Shown: positions 16,385-25,035, numbered from the stretch's first letter. The stretch: 37,889 nt of DNA from Gaiellaceae bacterium (GCA_050697575.1 JBOGZW010000001.1:1-37889), one strand, 5' to 3'. The notes: generated by a model from the sequence alone, not told the origin. Program-made: numbers and translations.

Positions 16385-18070
16385 ATGGCCGAACGGAAGC
16401 CAGTACTCCTCGCCGTGGACGACGACAGGGAGGTCGTCCGGGCGGTCGAGCGCGATTTACGCAATCACTTTGCGCGCGACTTCACGGTGCTCGCCGCAGA
16501 GTCGGGCGAGGAAGCACTCGAGCTCATCCGTCGTCTCGTGCCGCGAGGGGACCCCCTGGCGCTCGTCGTGACGGATCAGCGCATGCCCAGAATGACGGGC
16601 GTCGAGCTGCTCGCCCACGTCGCGGCCGAGGCGCCTGACGCGAAGCGCGTCCTCCTGACGGCGTACGCCGACACCGAGGTGGCGATGCGCGCCATCAACG
16701 AGATCCGGCTCGACCACTACCTCATGAAGCCCTGGCATCCGCCCGAGGAGCGGCTGTACCCGGTGCTCGACGATCTGCTCGAGGACTGGCACGCCGCCGC
16801 ATCGCGCGCACCGCTCCTGGCGGACGTGGACGGCGACGCCGTGTGCGTGATCGGCCATCGGCTGTCGGAGGACTCGCAGCGGGTGCGCGACCTGCTGGCG
16901 AACAACCAGATCGCGTACCGCTGGCTCGACGTGGAGGACTCCCGCGCCGGGAAAGTGCTGTCGGAAGCGTCGCTCACCGCGGACCGGCTTCCGGTCGTGC
17001 TCGTCCCGGACGCCGAGCCGCTCGTCAACCCCGATCCGGCCGAGGTCGCAGAGCGGATCGGCCTCCAGACCGACGAGGAGCTCGCGTACTACGACCTCGT
17101 CGTCGTCGGCGCCGGCCCCGCCGGGCTAGCAGCCGCGGTCTACGGGGCATCCGAAGGATTGCGAACGGTCGTCGTCGAGCGGCAGTCGTTCGGCGGACAG
17201 GCCGGAATGAGCTCGCGCATCGAGAACTACCTCGGCTTCCCGGCCGGGCTCTCCGGAGCCGACCTCGCGCGCCGCGCGACGACGCAGGCGCGCCGCTTCG
17301 GCTGCGAGCTCCTGACCGCTCAGGAAGCGGTCGGCATCGACGTGCTCGGCTCGACGCGAGTCGTTCGGCTCGCCGACGGCTCGTCCATCGCCTCCCACAC
17401 GGTGCTGCTCGCCCCGGGGGTGTCGTACCGGCGGCTGGATGCCGTGGGCGCCGAACGTCTCACGGGCCGCGGCATCTGGTACGGCACGGCGTCGACGGGC
17501 GACGCGGCGATGCTCAACGGCAACGAGGCGTTCGTCGTCGGCGGTGCGAACTCGGCGGGACAGGCGGCGCTCCATCTTGCGCGCGCGGCGCACGTGACGA
17601 TCCTCTATCGCGGCTCGAGCCTCCAGAAGTCGATGTCGCAGTACCTCGTCGAACGCATCGAGTCCATGCCGGACGAGATCACGGTACTGCTGAACACGGA
17701 GGTCCGCGAGGCCCACGGCGAGAACCAGCTGGAGGAGATCGCGATTGACGAGGCCGGCACCCTGTCGCGCATTCCGGCCACAGCGATGTTCGTCTTCGTC
17801 GGCGCCGAGCCGCACACCGACTGGCTCGGCAACGCGCCGGCGCGCTCGGACCGCGGGTTCATCCTCACCGGCGATCAGGTGCTGAACGTGCCCAGGGGCT
17901 GTCCACCCTGGCCGATGAAGAGCCGGGAGCCGCTTGCGCTCGAAACGAGCATCCCGGGCATCTTCGCCGCCGGCGACGTCCGCGACCAGTCGATCAAGCG
18001 CGTCGCCTCGGCGGTGGGAGAGGGCTCGATGGCGGTTCTGCTCGTCCACCGGTACCTCGGGGGCCTGTAG
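16385..18070 (+). CDS. Response-regulator receiver fused to a glutaredoxin-like linker domain and a thioredoxin-reductase-like FAD/NAD(P)H oxidoreductase lacking the CxxC redox centre
   Basis: 561 aa. REC: LAVDDD, VVTDQRMP, LLTAYAD, YLMKPW. Flavoprotein: DLVVVGAGPAGLAAAVYG, FVVGGANSAGQAALHL, GIFAAGDVRD. The position of the TrxB CATC reads GTASTG. Confidence 0.9.
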   Translation: MAERKPVLLAVDDDREVVRAVERDLRNHFARDFTVLAAESGEEALELIRRLVPRGDPLALVVTDQRMPRMTGVELLAHVAAEAPDAKRVLLTAYADTEVAMRAINEIRLDHYLMKPWHPPEERLYPVLDDLLEDWHAAASRAPLLADVDGDAVCVIGHRLSEDSQRVRDLLANNQIAYRWLDVEDSRAGKVLSEASLTADRLPVVLVPDAEPLVNPDPAEVAERIGLQTDEELAYYDLVVVGAGPAGLAAAVYGASEGLRTVVVERQSFGGQAGMSSRIENYLGFPAGLSGADLARRATTQARRFGCELLTAQEAVGIDVLGSTRVVRLADGSSIASHTVLLAPGVSYRRLDAVGAERLTGRGIWYGTASTGDAAMLNGNEAFVVGGANSAGQAALHLARAAHVTILYRGSSLQKSMSQYLVERIESMPDEITVLLNTEVREAHGENQLEEIAIDEAGTLSRIPATAMFVFVGAEPHTDWLGNAPARSDRGFILTGDQVLNVPRGCPPWPMKSREPLALETSIPGIFAAGDVRDQSIKRVASAVGEGSMAVLLVHRYLGGL

Positions 18071-18075
18071 ACATC

Positions 18076-19449
18076 GTGGAGCCCGGCGAGCTTCGCAAGA
18101 TCGCCCTCCTCGCAGACTTGCCCGACGCGCGGCTCGAGGAGCTCGCCCGGCACGGCCGCGAGCTGATCCTCGGGCCCGGGGAGTACCTCTTCCGTGAGGG
18201 CGAGGAGGCCACATTCCTGTCCCTGCTGCTCGAGGGAGAGCTCGAGACGACGCGCACGGTAGGCGGCGACGAGCTTCCGATGATCCATCACGAGCCCGGC
18301 GGCTTTCTCGGCGCGATCTCTCTCGTCACCGGCGGGGTCTACGGCGGCTCGACGCGCTCGGTCGGCATGAGCCGCCTCTTTCTCCTCGAGCCCGAGGCAT
18401 TCCGGGCACTGCTCGTCTCGGAACCGGCGGTATTCACCGCCGTCATGGACGTTTTCGTCCCCGTGATCACGAATTACACGGCCATCGAGCGCGACCGCGA
18501 CCGGCTTCTGTCCTTGGGCACGCTCGCGGCGGGGCTCGCACACGAGCTGAACAACCCCGCTGCCGCTGCACAGCGAGCTGCCTCGGAGCTCCGGTCGGCC
18601 GAACGGCACGCCCAGGCAGCGCTCTCGCAACTCGCCGGCAGCGGCCTCGATTCGGACGGAATGGGACGGCTCTGCACGCTCACGGCTGAGGCTCTCGCGG
18701 CATTGGAGTCTGCGCCGCCTCTCGACAGTCTCGACCGAGCCGATCGTGAGGCGGAGCTTGCAGCATGGCTCGCCGAGCGTGGAGCTCCGGCGGACAACGG
18801 AACAGCCGAACTCGTCGACGCCGGCCTCGATGAGGAGTGGCTCGAACGGCTGCTCGCAATCGCCCCGGGAGAGCCCGGCTCCGTCGTCGCATGGATCACC
18901 TCACGCCTGACAGCGACGCGGATCACGCGCGAGCTCGAGGATTCGACCGGGCGCATCTCGCAACTCGTCCAGTCGGTCAAGCAGTACTCGTATCTCGACC
19001 AGACTCCGCAGCAGGAGGTGGATGTCCACGAGGCGCTCGAGAGCACGCTCGCGATCCTCGGCCACAAGATCGCGGAGCGTGGGATCGAGATCGTGCGGGA
19101 GTACGACCGCTCCCTGCCGCGCATCGATGCCCACGCCGCGGAGCTCAACCAGGTATGGACGAACCTCATCGACAACGCCGTCGCCGCCGCGAACGCCCGG
19201 GTGACGATCCGGACGTATCGGTCGGTCGAATTTCTGATCGTCGAGGTCGAGGACGACGGCCCCGGCGTTCCTCCCGAGATCGCAGAGCGCGTCTTCGACG
19301 CGTTCTTTACGACGAAGGAGCCGGGTGAGGGCACCGGCCTGGGGCTCGACATCGCTCGCAGGATCGTCGTTCGGCACCACGGCGACCTCCGGCTCAAGCC
19401 GGTCGAACGCGGAGCCTGCTTTCAGGTGTCGCTGCCGCTCGGCCGCTAG
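18076..19449 (+). CDS. Cyclic-nucleotide-binding-domain sensor histidine kinase
   Basis: 457 aa. GTG start 5 nt after the upstream stop. N-terminal CAP-effector-type domain (LLADLPDARLEELARHG...LFREGEEA...STRSVG). H-box LAHELNNP. N/G1/F/G2 boxes NLIDNA, VEDDGPGVP, FDAFFTTK, GEGTGLGLDIA. Confidence 0.9.
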   Translation: MEPGELRKIALLADLPDARLEELARHGRELILGPGEYLFREGEEATFLSLLLEGELETTRTVGGDELPMIHHEPGGFLGAISLVTGGVYGGSTRSVGMSRLFLLEPEAFRALLVSEPAVFTAVMDVFVPVITNYTAIERDRDRLLSLGTLAAGLAHELNNPAAAAQRAASELRSAERHAQAALSQLAGSGLDSDGMGRLCTLTAEALAALESAPPLDSLDRADREAELAAWLAERGAPADNGTAELVDAGLDEEWLERLLAIAPGEPGSVVAWITSRLTATRITRELEDSTGRISQLVQSVKQYSYLDQTPQQEVDVHEALESTLAILGHKIAERGIEIVREYDRSLPRIDAHAAELNQVWTNLIDNAVAAANARVTIRTYRSVEFLIVEVEDDGPGVPPEIAERVFDAFFTTKEPGEGTGLGLDIARRIVVRHHGDLRLKPVERGACFQVSLPLGR

Positions 19450-19667
19450 GACTCGCCCGTGAGGAGCCTCTGCGTCTGAGCCGCGTGCCACACGAGGCTC
19501 ATCGCCTCGAAACGGTCGATCGCCTGCCTGAGCAGCTCGTCGTCCTCCCGGGCGAAGCCGAGTGCACGCAGTGCAAACGGTTCGACGTACGTCTCCGGCT
19601 GGATCAGACGCGGCGCCTCCCGCTCGATCTCCTGGCGCCGATCCAACGCAGCATTTCTCCTGGTCAA
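19446..19667 (-). pseudogene. Orphan 3' fragment (or small ORF) resembling the C-terminal end of a helical-repeat regulator
   Basis: Last about 73 codons of minus ORF 19446..20243: ...NAALDRRQEIEREAPRLIQPETYVEPFALRALGFAREDDELLRQAIDRFEAMSLVWHAAQTQRLLTGES. The composition looks protein-like. By my hand count about 84% of codons end in G/C, versus about 69% for the overlapping plus frame. Only TTG starts are available (19667, 19646). Its stop shares CTAG with the kinase stop. Confidence 0.3.
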
Positions 19668-20357
19668 CGTGTCCTCGACGTAGCCGCCGGGACCGGAAAC
19701 GTCGCGATCCGTGCGGCGGAGGCCGGGGGACACGTCGTTGCGTTGGACATCACCCCAGAACACTTCGAGTCGGGGCACGCGGAGGCCGAGGCTCGCGGAG
19801 TCACGGTCGAATGGGTCGAGGGGGATGCGCAGTCGCTGCCGTTTGGCGATGACGAGTTCGATGTCGTGACGTCGTCGTTCGGGGCCATCTTCGCTCCTGA
19901 TCACCAGCAGGTTGCGGACGAGTTCCTCCGTGTGTGCCGCCCCGGAGGCACGGTCGGTATGACGTGCTTCCCGCCGGTTGGCCTGGCTGCGGACTTTTTC
20001 GGTGTCGTCGCGCCGTACATGCCTGCGCCGCCACCCGAAGCGTTGTCGCCGCTGCTTTGGGGTACCGGGCAGCATGTGCGGGAACTTTTCGGCGACCGCG
20101 TCGAGTCGTTGGAGATGACCGAGGGGACGTACACCGAGGGCGCACCGAGCCCGCAGGCATACGTCGACCTGTACAAGGAGACGTTCGGACCGGTGATCAG
20201 CCTCTACGAGGCCCTCCATGACGAACCCGACCGCGTTGCACAACTCGACCGTGAATTCCTCGACTTTGCCGAGCGCGCAAATCGAGGTGCCCCGGACGGC
20301 TCGGCGGAGTACCCCTACGAGTACGTTCTCGTGGTGGCGCGAAAACGGGACGCGTAG
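19485..20357 (+). CDS. Class I SAM-dependent methyltransferase; N-terminus doubtful (possibly 5'-truncated)
   Basis: Core from about 19660: PGQRVLDVAAGTGNVAIRAAEAGGHVVALDITPE..., FDVVTSSFGAIFAPDH, VCRPGGTVGM. The only canonical in-frame start upstream of motif I is GTG 19485. The 60 aa it adds look like antisense noise (Cys/Arg-rich, lower GC3). Confidence 0.65.
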   Translation: MPHEAHRLETVDRLPEQLVVLPGEAECTQCKRFDVRLRLDQTRRLPLDLLAPIQRSISPGQRVLDVAAGTGNVAIRAAEAGGHVVALDITPEHFESGHAEAEARGVTVEWVEGDAQSLPFGDDEFDVVTSSFGAIFAPDHQQVADEFLRVCRPGGTVGMTCFPPVGLAADFFGVVAPYMPAPPPEALSPLLWGTGQHVRELFGDRVESLEMTEGTYTEGAPSPQAYVDLYKETFGPVISLYEALHDEPDRVAQLDREFLDFAERANRGAPDGSAEYPYEYVLVVARKRDA

Positions 20358-20391
20358 TCAGGCTCGACCGTCGGTCGACACGCCCTAACCC

Positions 20392-20793
20392 CTACTCGTC
20401 GGCCGGCTCGAAGTCCAACGCCAGGCTGTTGATGCAGTAGCGCAGGCCCGTCGGCTGCGGGCCGTCGGGGAAGACGTGGCCGAGGTGGGAGTCGCAGGCT
20501 GCGCACCGCACCTCCGTCCGCCGCATGCCGTGGCTCAGGTCTTCCTCCGTCTCCACCGCATCCTCCGCCAGCGGTGCGAAGAAGCTCGGCCAGCCGGATC
20601 CCGAGTCGAACTTCGTGTCCGACCGGAAGAGCTCTGCTCCGCAGGCGCCGCAACGGAAGACGCCGTCGTCGTGCACGAGGTTCAGCTCGCCCGACCAGGG
20701 CGCCTCGGTCGCACCGCACCGCAGCACCTGGTAGCGATCGGGGTCGAGCTCGGCCTGCCACTCCCCTTCCGTTTTCTCAACCCGCTCCGTCAT
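20392..20793 (-). CDS. msrB: Peptide-methionine (R)-S-oxide reductase MsrB
   Basis: ATG 20793 within ORF 20392..21261, with ATGA overlap of the XdhC stop. Zn CxxC pairs ([10 protein letters not shown]; [13 protein letters not shown]), GSGWPSF, RYCINS. 133 aa. Confidence 0.92.
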   Translation of the reverse strand: MTERVEKTEGEWQAELDPDRYQVLRCGATEAPWSGELNLVHDDGVFRCGACGAELFRSDTKFDSGSGWPSFFAPLAEDAVETEEDLSHGMRRTEVRCAACDSHLGHVFPDGPQPTGLRYCINSLALDFEPADE

Positions 20794-21548
20794 CCGACTA
20801 CCTCCTCCGCGTGGATGCGTTTCCTGGACTCCTTGAGCTTGCCTCCGTCGCGACTCATGCGAACGGCGAGCACCTCGGCGAGGATCGAGAGCGCCGTCTC
20901 CGGCTGCGACTCGGCGCCGATGTCGAGGCCGCACGGGCCTTGGATCCGCTCGAGCGCTTCCTCGTCCACGCCGGCCTCGAGCAGCCGCTCGCGGCGGCGC
21001 TCCTGGTTGCGGCGCGAGCCGAGCGCCCCGATGTAAAACGCCTCCGTCTCGAGCGCCGCCTTCAGCGCGGGCACGTCGAACTTGTCGTCGTGCGTGAGGA
21101 CGACGATCGCCGTCGCGTGGTCGGGCGCGACCTGCGCGAACGCCTCCTCCGGCCACTCGACAATGATCTCGTCTGCGCTCGGGAGCCGCTCCCGGGTCGC
21201 GAACTTCTGGCGGGCGTCGGCGACGATCGCGCGCCAGCCGAGCAGCTTCGCCGCCTTGCACATCGCCTCGGCCGTGTCGACGGCGCCGTAGACGAGCAGG
21301 CGCGGCGGCGGGCCGTAGATCTCGGCGAAGACCTTCGTCTCGCCGAGGTCGAGGATCCGGTTCCGGTGGCCGCGGATCAGCTGCTCCGCCTGGGAGAGCG
21401 CGACCTCGGGGACACCGTCGCCGTGACGCTCGCCGCCCTCGAGCACGAGGGCGTGCGCGCCGAGGGGGTCCCCCTCGATGACGGTGAAGAGGACGGCCCG
21501 CTCCTCCTCGCCCTCGACGACCTCGAGCAGCCGATCAGTGACCGTCAT
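20790..21548 (-). CDS. XdhC/CoxI-family molybdenum-cofactor insertion chaperone (degenerate N-domain plus Rossmann-like C-domain)
   Basis: 252 aa with ATG start. [33 protein letters not shown]...[18 protein letters not shown]...[10 protein letters not shown] is typical of the XdhC C-terminal domain. Confidence 0.8.
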   Translation of the reverse strand: MTVTDRLLEVVEGEEERAVLFTVIEGDPLGAHALVLEGGERHGDGVPEVALSQAEQLIRGHRNRILDLGETKVFAEIYGPPPRLLVYGAVDTAEAMCKAAKLLGWRAIVADARQKFATRERLPSADEIIVEWPEEAFAQVAPDHATAIVVLTHDDKFDVPALKAALETEAFYIGALGSRRNQERRRERLLEAGVDEEALERIQGPCGLDIGAESQPETALSILAEVLAVRMSRDGGKLKESRKRIHAEEVVG

Positions 21549-21617
21549 GTCAGGAGCCTAGCCCGCCATCGGACATCGGCGGCGCGGCCAGAGCGAGCCG
21601 GGGAGGTTCGAGCGCAC

Positions 21618-24600
21618 CTACACGGCCTCGAGGAACGCACGCGCGCGTTTGACGCCGACCAGATTGCCCTTCTCCTCGTAGAGGCGGAGCGCCTCCTCCA
21701 CGGCGGAACGCTCCTCCCTCTCGCCACGAGCGCGGTGAATTTCGGCAAGGATGAGCCACGCATCGGCCGCCCACTCGACGTAGCCGATTCCGAGGGCGAC
21801 GTCCGCAGCCTTACGAGCTGCCTCCTCGGCCGCCGCGAAGTGGCCCCGCGCGAGGGTTAGCCTCGCGCGCAGCAGGGCGAGCTGCGCCTCGTGGTCGAGA
21901 TCGTCGCTCGCGCTGAGCTCATCGCCCACGCCATAGAGACGCTCGGCCTCGTCAAGCCGGCCCTGCCTCAGGGCCGCGTCGGCGAGATCCAACGCAACGT
22001 TCGACAGCAAGGCCTTGTTGCCTCTTCGCTCGAACTGCTCGTAGGCCTCGCGGAGTGCTGCCTCGCCGTGCTCCCAGTCGCCGGACCACGAGCAGACGTC
22101 CCAGACGCAAACCGCGGTGACTGCGTACTCTCGCTCCTTGCCGAGCTCGCGTAGGCCGCGCCGGTACTCGCCCATCGCCTCGAGCGCGCCGTCGAACTCG
22201 CCCAGGCGCGCCTGCATGTGGGCGTGGAGGTGGAGCGCGAACTGCTGCATGCCCGGGACGTGGCCGAGCCGCTCGACGATCTCCTGCGCGTACTGCAATC
22301 CCTCCTCGACCCGCCCCGGCCCCCAGATGAAGTCAGGGGCCCGCATCCCCGCGAGGCTCACCTCGAGCTCCAGACTCCCTGCCAGCCGAGCGTGTGTCAG
22401 CGCGCGCTCGAGAGCCTCCATGTACTCGCTCCTCGCCCCGCGCGAGGTGTGGACGGCGGCGATGCGCCCCCACGCCGTCGCCAGCACCTCGTGGTCGGCT
22501 GCGGCTTCGCGCGCTGCGACTGCCGCCGTCGCCTCCTCGAAGATGCGCTCGCTCGCGCCCTCGGGATCTCGCAGCGCTCGGACGAGGGCGAGCCAGACGC
22601 GTCCGAGCCACTCGGCGTGGTCGTCCCGCGCTTCGCGCGCGAGCGTGACCCCCTGCTCCAAGGCTGCCTGCGACCGCTCGAGCTCGTCGGCGTCGTTCAG
22701 CGCCTTGCCGAGCCGGACGAACAGCAGCGGGCGGTCGGCGCCGCCGGTGGCGAGCTCGACCGCGCGGTCGAGGAGGTTCACGGCAGCGGCGACGTCCGAC
22801 CGCCCGGTCGCGGCACGCGCAGCCGCAGCGAGCCGCTCCGCAGCGCGGTTCCCCACAGAGCGATCCGGCATGCCGAGCTCCGCGCCGTACAGGTAGGCCT
22901 GCTCGAGGTGGTAGCCGACGACCTCGTCCGCAGCGTCGTCACCGAGCCTCGCCTCGAGCCAGTCCGCGAACCGCTCGTGGAGCGCCGCCCGCTGGCGCTT
23001 GGGGATGGCGTCGTACGCCGCGTCGCGGATGAGGATGTGGCCGAAGCGGAACGCGTCGTCACCCGGCAAGGTGGCAAGGTCGGGCCGGATCAGCTCCTTG
23101 CGGACGAGCGACAGCAGGTGCGCACCGACCTCCGCTCGCTCGGGCTCGGACAGGAGCGCTGCGACAGCTCCACGGTGGAACAGCCGTCCTTCGACCGAGC
23201 CCCGCTGCGCGGCCGCGCGCTCCTGCTCGCCGAGGCGGTCGATGCGGGCGGAGAGAAGCGCCTGCAGCGTCGGCGGCACCTCGAGCACATCGCCGCTCTC
23301 GGCCTGCATCGCGACGAGCTGCTCGACGAAGAGGGGGTTGCCCTCCGCAGCCTGGACGATGCGCTCCCGGGTCTCATCCGGGAGGTCGACGAGTTGCTCC
23401 ACGAGCGTCTCGCTGTCTGTCTCCGAGAGGGCCTGGAGCGTAATCACGGTGGCGTTGAGCTTCGGTGCCGTCCAGGTCGGCCGCAGGTCGAAGACGTCGG
23501 GCCGCGCCGTGCAGAGAACGAGTAGCGGGACGTCGTGCGCGAACGAGGCGACGTACTCGATGAGATCGAGGAACGCCGGCTCCGCCCAGTGGATGTCGTC
23601 GAAGACGGCAACGAGCGGCGCTTGAGCCGCAAGCGCTTCGAGCAGCCTGCGGACACCCCAGGCGATCTCTTCGGGCGAGACCGGCGTATCCCTCGTACCG
23701 AGCGCCGCCTCGATTCGGATAGCGGCGAGCTCCGCGTCGCTCGCTCCCTGCAGCGCGGAACGGAGATCCCCGACCTGAGATGCGATCTCCTGCAGCGGCC
23801 AGTACGTGATCCCCTCGCCGTATGAGAGGCAACGGCCGACGACTACGCGCGCCTCCACGCGTCCGAGCAGCTCGCGCGCCAGGCGCGACTTCCCGATGCC
23901 CGGCGCCCCGACGATCGTCGCCAGCTGCGGCGTCCGGGTTTCGGTGGCGGTGGCGACCGCGGCCTCGAGCGACTCGAGCTCTTCCGAGCGACCGACGAAC
24001 GGCGCGTCGATCGGGCGCGTGAACGCAGGGACCCGGTCGCCCAGCCCGAGCACCCGAAAGGCAGGGACGGGCTCCTGCTTGCCCTTCAGCGTCAGCGGTT
24101 CGACCGGCTCTGCGAGGACCAGGTCGCGCACGAGGTGCTCGGTGGCGGCGCCGATGAGAATCTCGCCTGCACCTGCCGACTGCTCGAGCCGGGCGGCGAC
24201 GTTCACGGCGTCACCCGTGGCGAATGTCTCACCGGTGCCGGCGACGACCTCGCCGGTGTTGACGCCGATGCGCACCTCGAGTCCCATGGTCAAGACGGCA
24301 TCCCGCATCTCGATCGCCGCACGCACCGCACGGAGCGCGTCGTCCTCGTGCACCTGCGGCAGGCCGAAGACGGCCATCGCCGCATCGCCCACGAATTTCT
24401 CGACCGTACCGCCGTGACGCTCCAGGGTCACGCGGAGCTCGGCGTGGTAACGAGCCATGACGTCGCGTAGCACCTCCGGATCAGTGCGTTCGCCGAGCGC
24501 CGTCGAGCCGACGAGGTCGCAGAAGACGACGGTCACGATCTTTCGGACGTCGCCCTGTGCCTCGGGTGCGAGGGGTGCGCCGCAGTTACCGCAGAAGCGG

Positions 24601-24641
24601 AAGCCCTCTGGATTCTCCTGGCCGCACGAGGCGCAGATCAC
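21618..24641 (-). CDS. Multidomain regulator: zinc-ribbon + class III adenylate/guanylate cyclase + AAA (P-loop) ATPase + TPR/helical repeats
   Basis: 1007 aa with GTG start. CASCGQENPEGFRFCGNCGAPL. Cyclase motifs VVFCDLVGST, KFVGDAAMAVFG, RIGVNTGEVV, GDAVNVAARLE. Walker A GAPGIGKS. Long C-terminal Ala/Leu/Glu-rich repeat region. Confidence 0.9.
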   Translation of the reverse strand: MICASCGQENPEGFRFCGNCGAPLAPEAQGDVRKIVTVVFCDLVGSTALGERTDPEVLRDVMARYHAELRVTLERHGGTVEKFVGDAAMAVFGLPQVHEDDALRAVRAAIEMRDAVLTMGLEVRIGVNTGEVVAGTGETFATGDAVNVAARLEQSAGAGEILIGAATEHLVRDLVLAEPVEPLTLKGKQEPVPAFRVLGLGDRVPAFTRPIDAPFVGRSEELESLEAAVATATETRTPQLATIVGAPGIGKSRLARELLGRVEARVVVGRCLSYGEGITYWPLQEIASQVGDLRSALQGASDAELAAIRIEAALGTRDTPVSPEEIAWGVRRLLEALAAQAPLVAVFDDIHWAEPAFLDLIEYVASFAHDVPLLVLCTARPDVFDLRPTWTAPKLNATVITLQALSETDSETLVEQLVDLPDETRERIVQAAEGNPLFVEQLVAMQAESGDVLEVPPTLQALLSARIDRLGEQERAAAQRGSVEGRLFHRGAVAALLSEPERAEVGAHLLSLVRKELIRPDLATLPGDDAFRFGHILIRDAAYDAIPKRQRAALHERFADWLEARLGDDAADEVVGYHLEQAYLYGAELGMPDRSVGNRAAERLAAAARAATGRSDVAAAVNLLDRAVELATGGADRPLLFVRLGKALNDADELERSQAALEQGVTLAREARDDHAEWLGRVWLALVRALRDPEGASERIFEEATAAVAAREAAADHEVLATAWGRIAAVHTSRGARSEYMEALERALTHARLAGSLELEVSLAGMRAPDFIWGPGRVEEGLQYAQEIVERLGHVPGMQQFALHLHAHMQARLGEFDGALEAMGEYRRGLRELGKEREYAVTAVCVWDVCSWSGDWEHGEAALREAYEQFERRGNKALLSNVALDLADAALRQGRLDEAERLYGVGDELSASDDLDHEAQLALLRARLTLARGHFAAAEEAARKAADVALGIGYVEWAADAWLILAEIHRARGEREERSAVEEALRLYEEKGNLVGVKRARAFLEAV

Positions 24642-24723
24642 GACGGACAGCGTTCAACAGGGCGCCGCAATAATCAAGCGCATCACGGCGGGCTCTCAGT
24701 TGGACGCGCCTCCGGTTAGCGCC

Positions 24724-25035
24724 TCAGTCCAGCGGCTCGACGAAGACGTCGATCTCTCCACCGCAAGGGAGGCCGACTTCCCACGCCTCGTCGTCGGCGA
24801 TGCCGTACGACACGAGCCGCGGCGTCCCCGTTTCGAGCACTTTGCGAGCGCACTCGTACACGTCGGACTCCACGCAGCCGCCCGACACGGACCCGCTGAG
24901 CTCGCCGGCGTCGGATACGGCGAGCTTCGCCCCGACGGGGCGCGGAGCCGAGCGACGGGTGGCGACGACGGTGGCGATCGCAACCTTCTTGCCTTCCTCA
25001 CGCCATCGCTCGACGTCTTCCAGGATCTCTTTCAC
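24724..25035 (-). CDS. Stand-alone XdhC/CoxI N-terminal-domain protein
   Basis: 103 aa. GTG overlaps the upstream stop (GTGA). ATVVATRRSAPRPVGAKLAV...SGSVSGGCVESDV...GLPCGGEIDVFVEPL is the canonical XdhC_CoxI domain. There is no Rossmann-like C-domain. Confidence 0.8.
   Translation of the reverse strand: MKEILEDVERWREEGKKVAIATVVATRRSAPRPVGAKLAVSDAGELSGSVSGGCVESDVYECARKVLETGTPRLVSYGIADDEAWEVGLPCGGEIDVFVEPLD

Noticed and set aside
20364-20378. Hairpin TCGACC-GTC-GGTCGA between the convergent methyltransferase and msrB genes, as a bidirectional terminator.
   Set aside because: It has only a 6-bp stem, no flanking U/A tracts, and low predicted stability. Noted, but not called as a feature.
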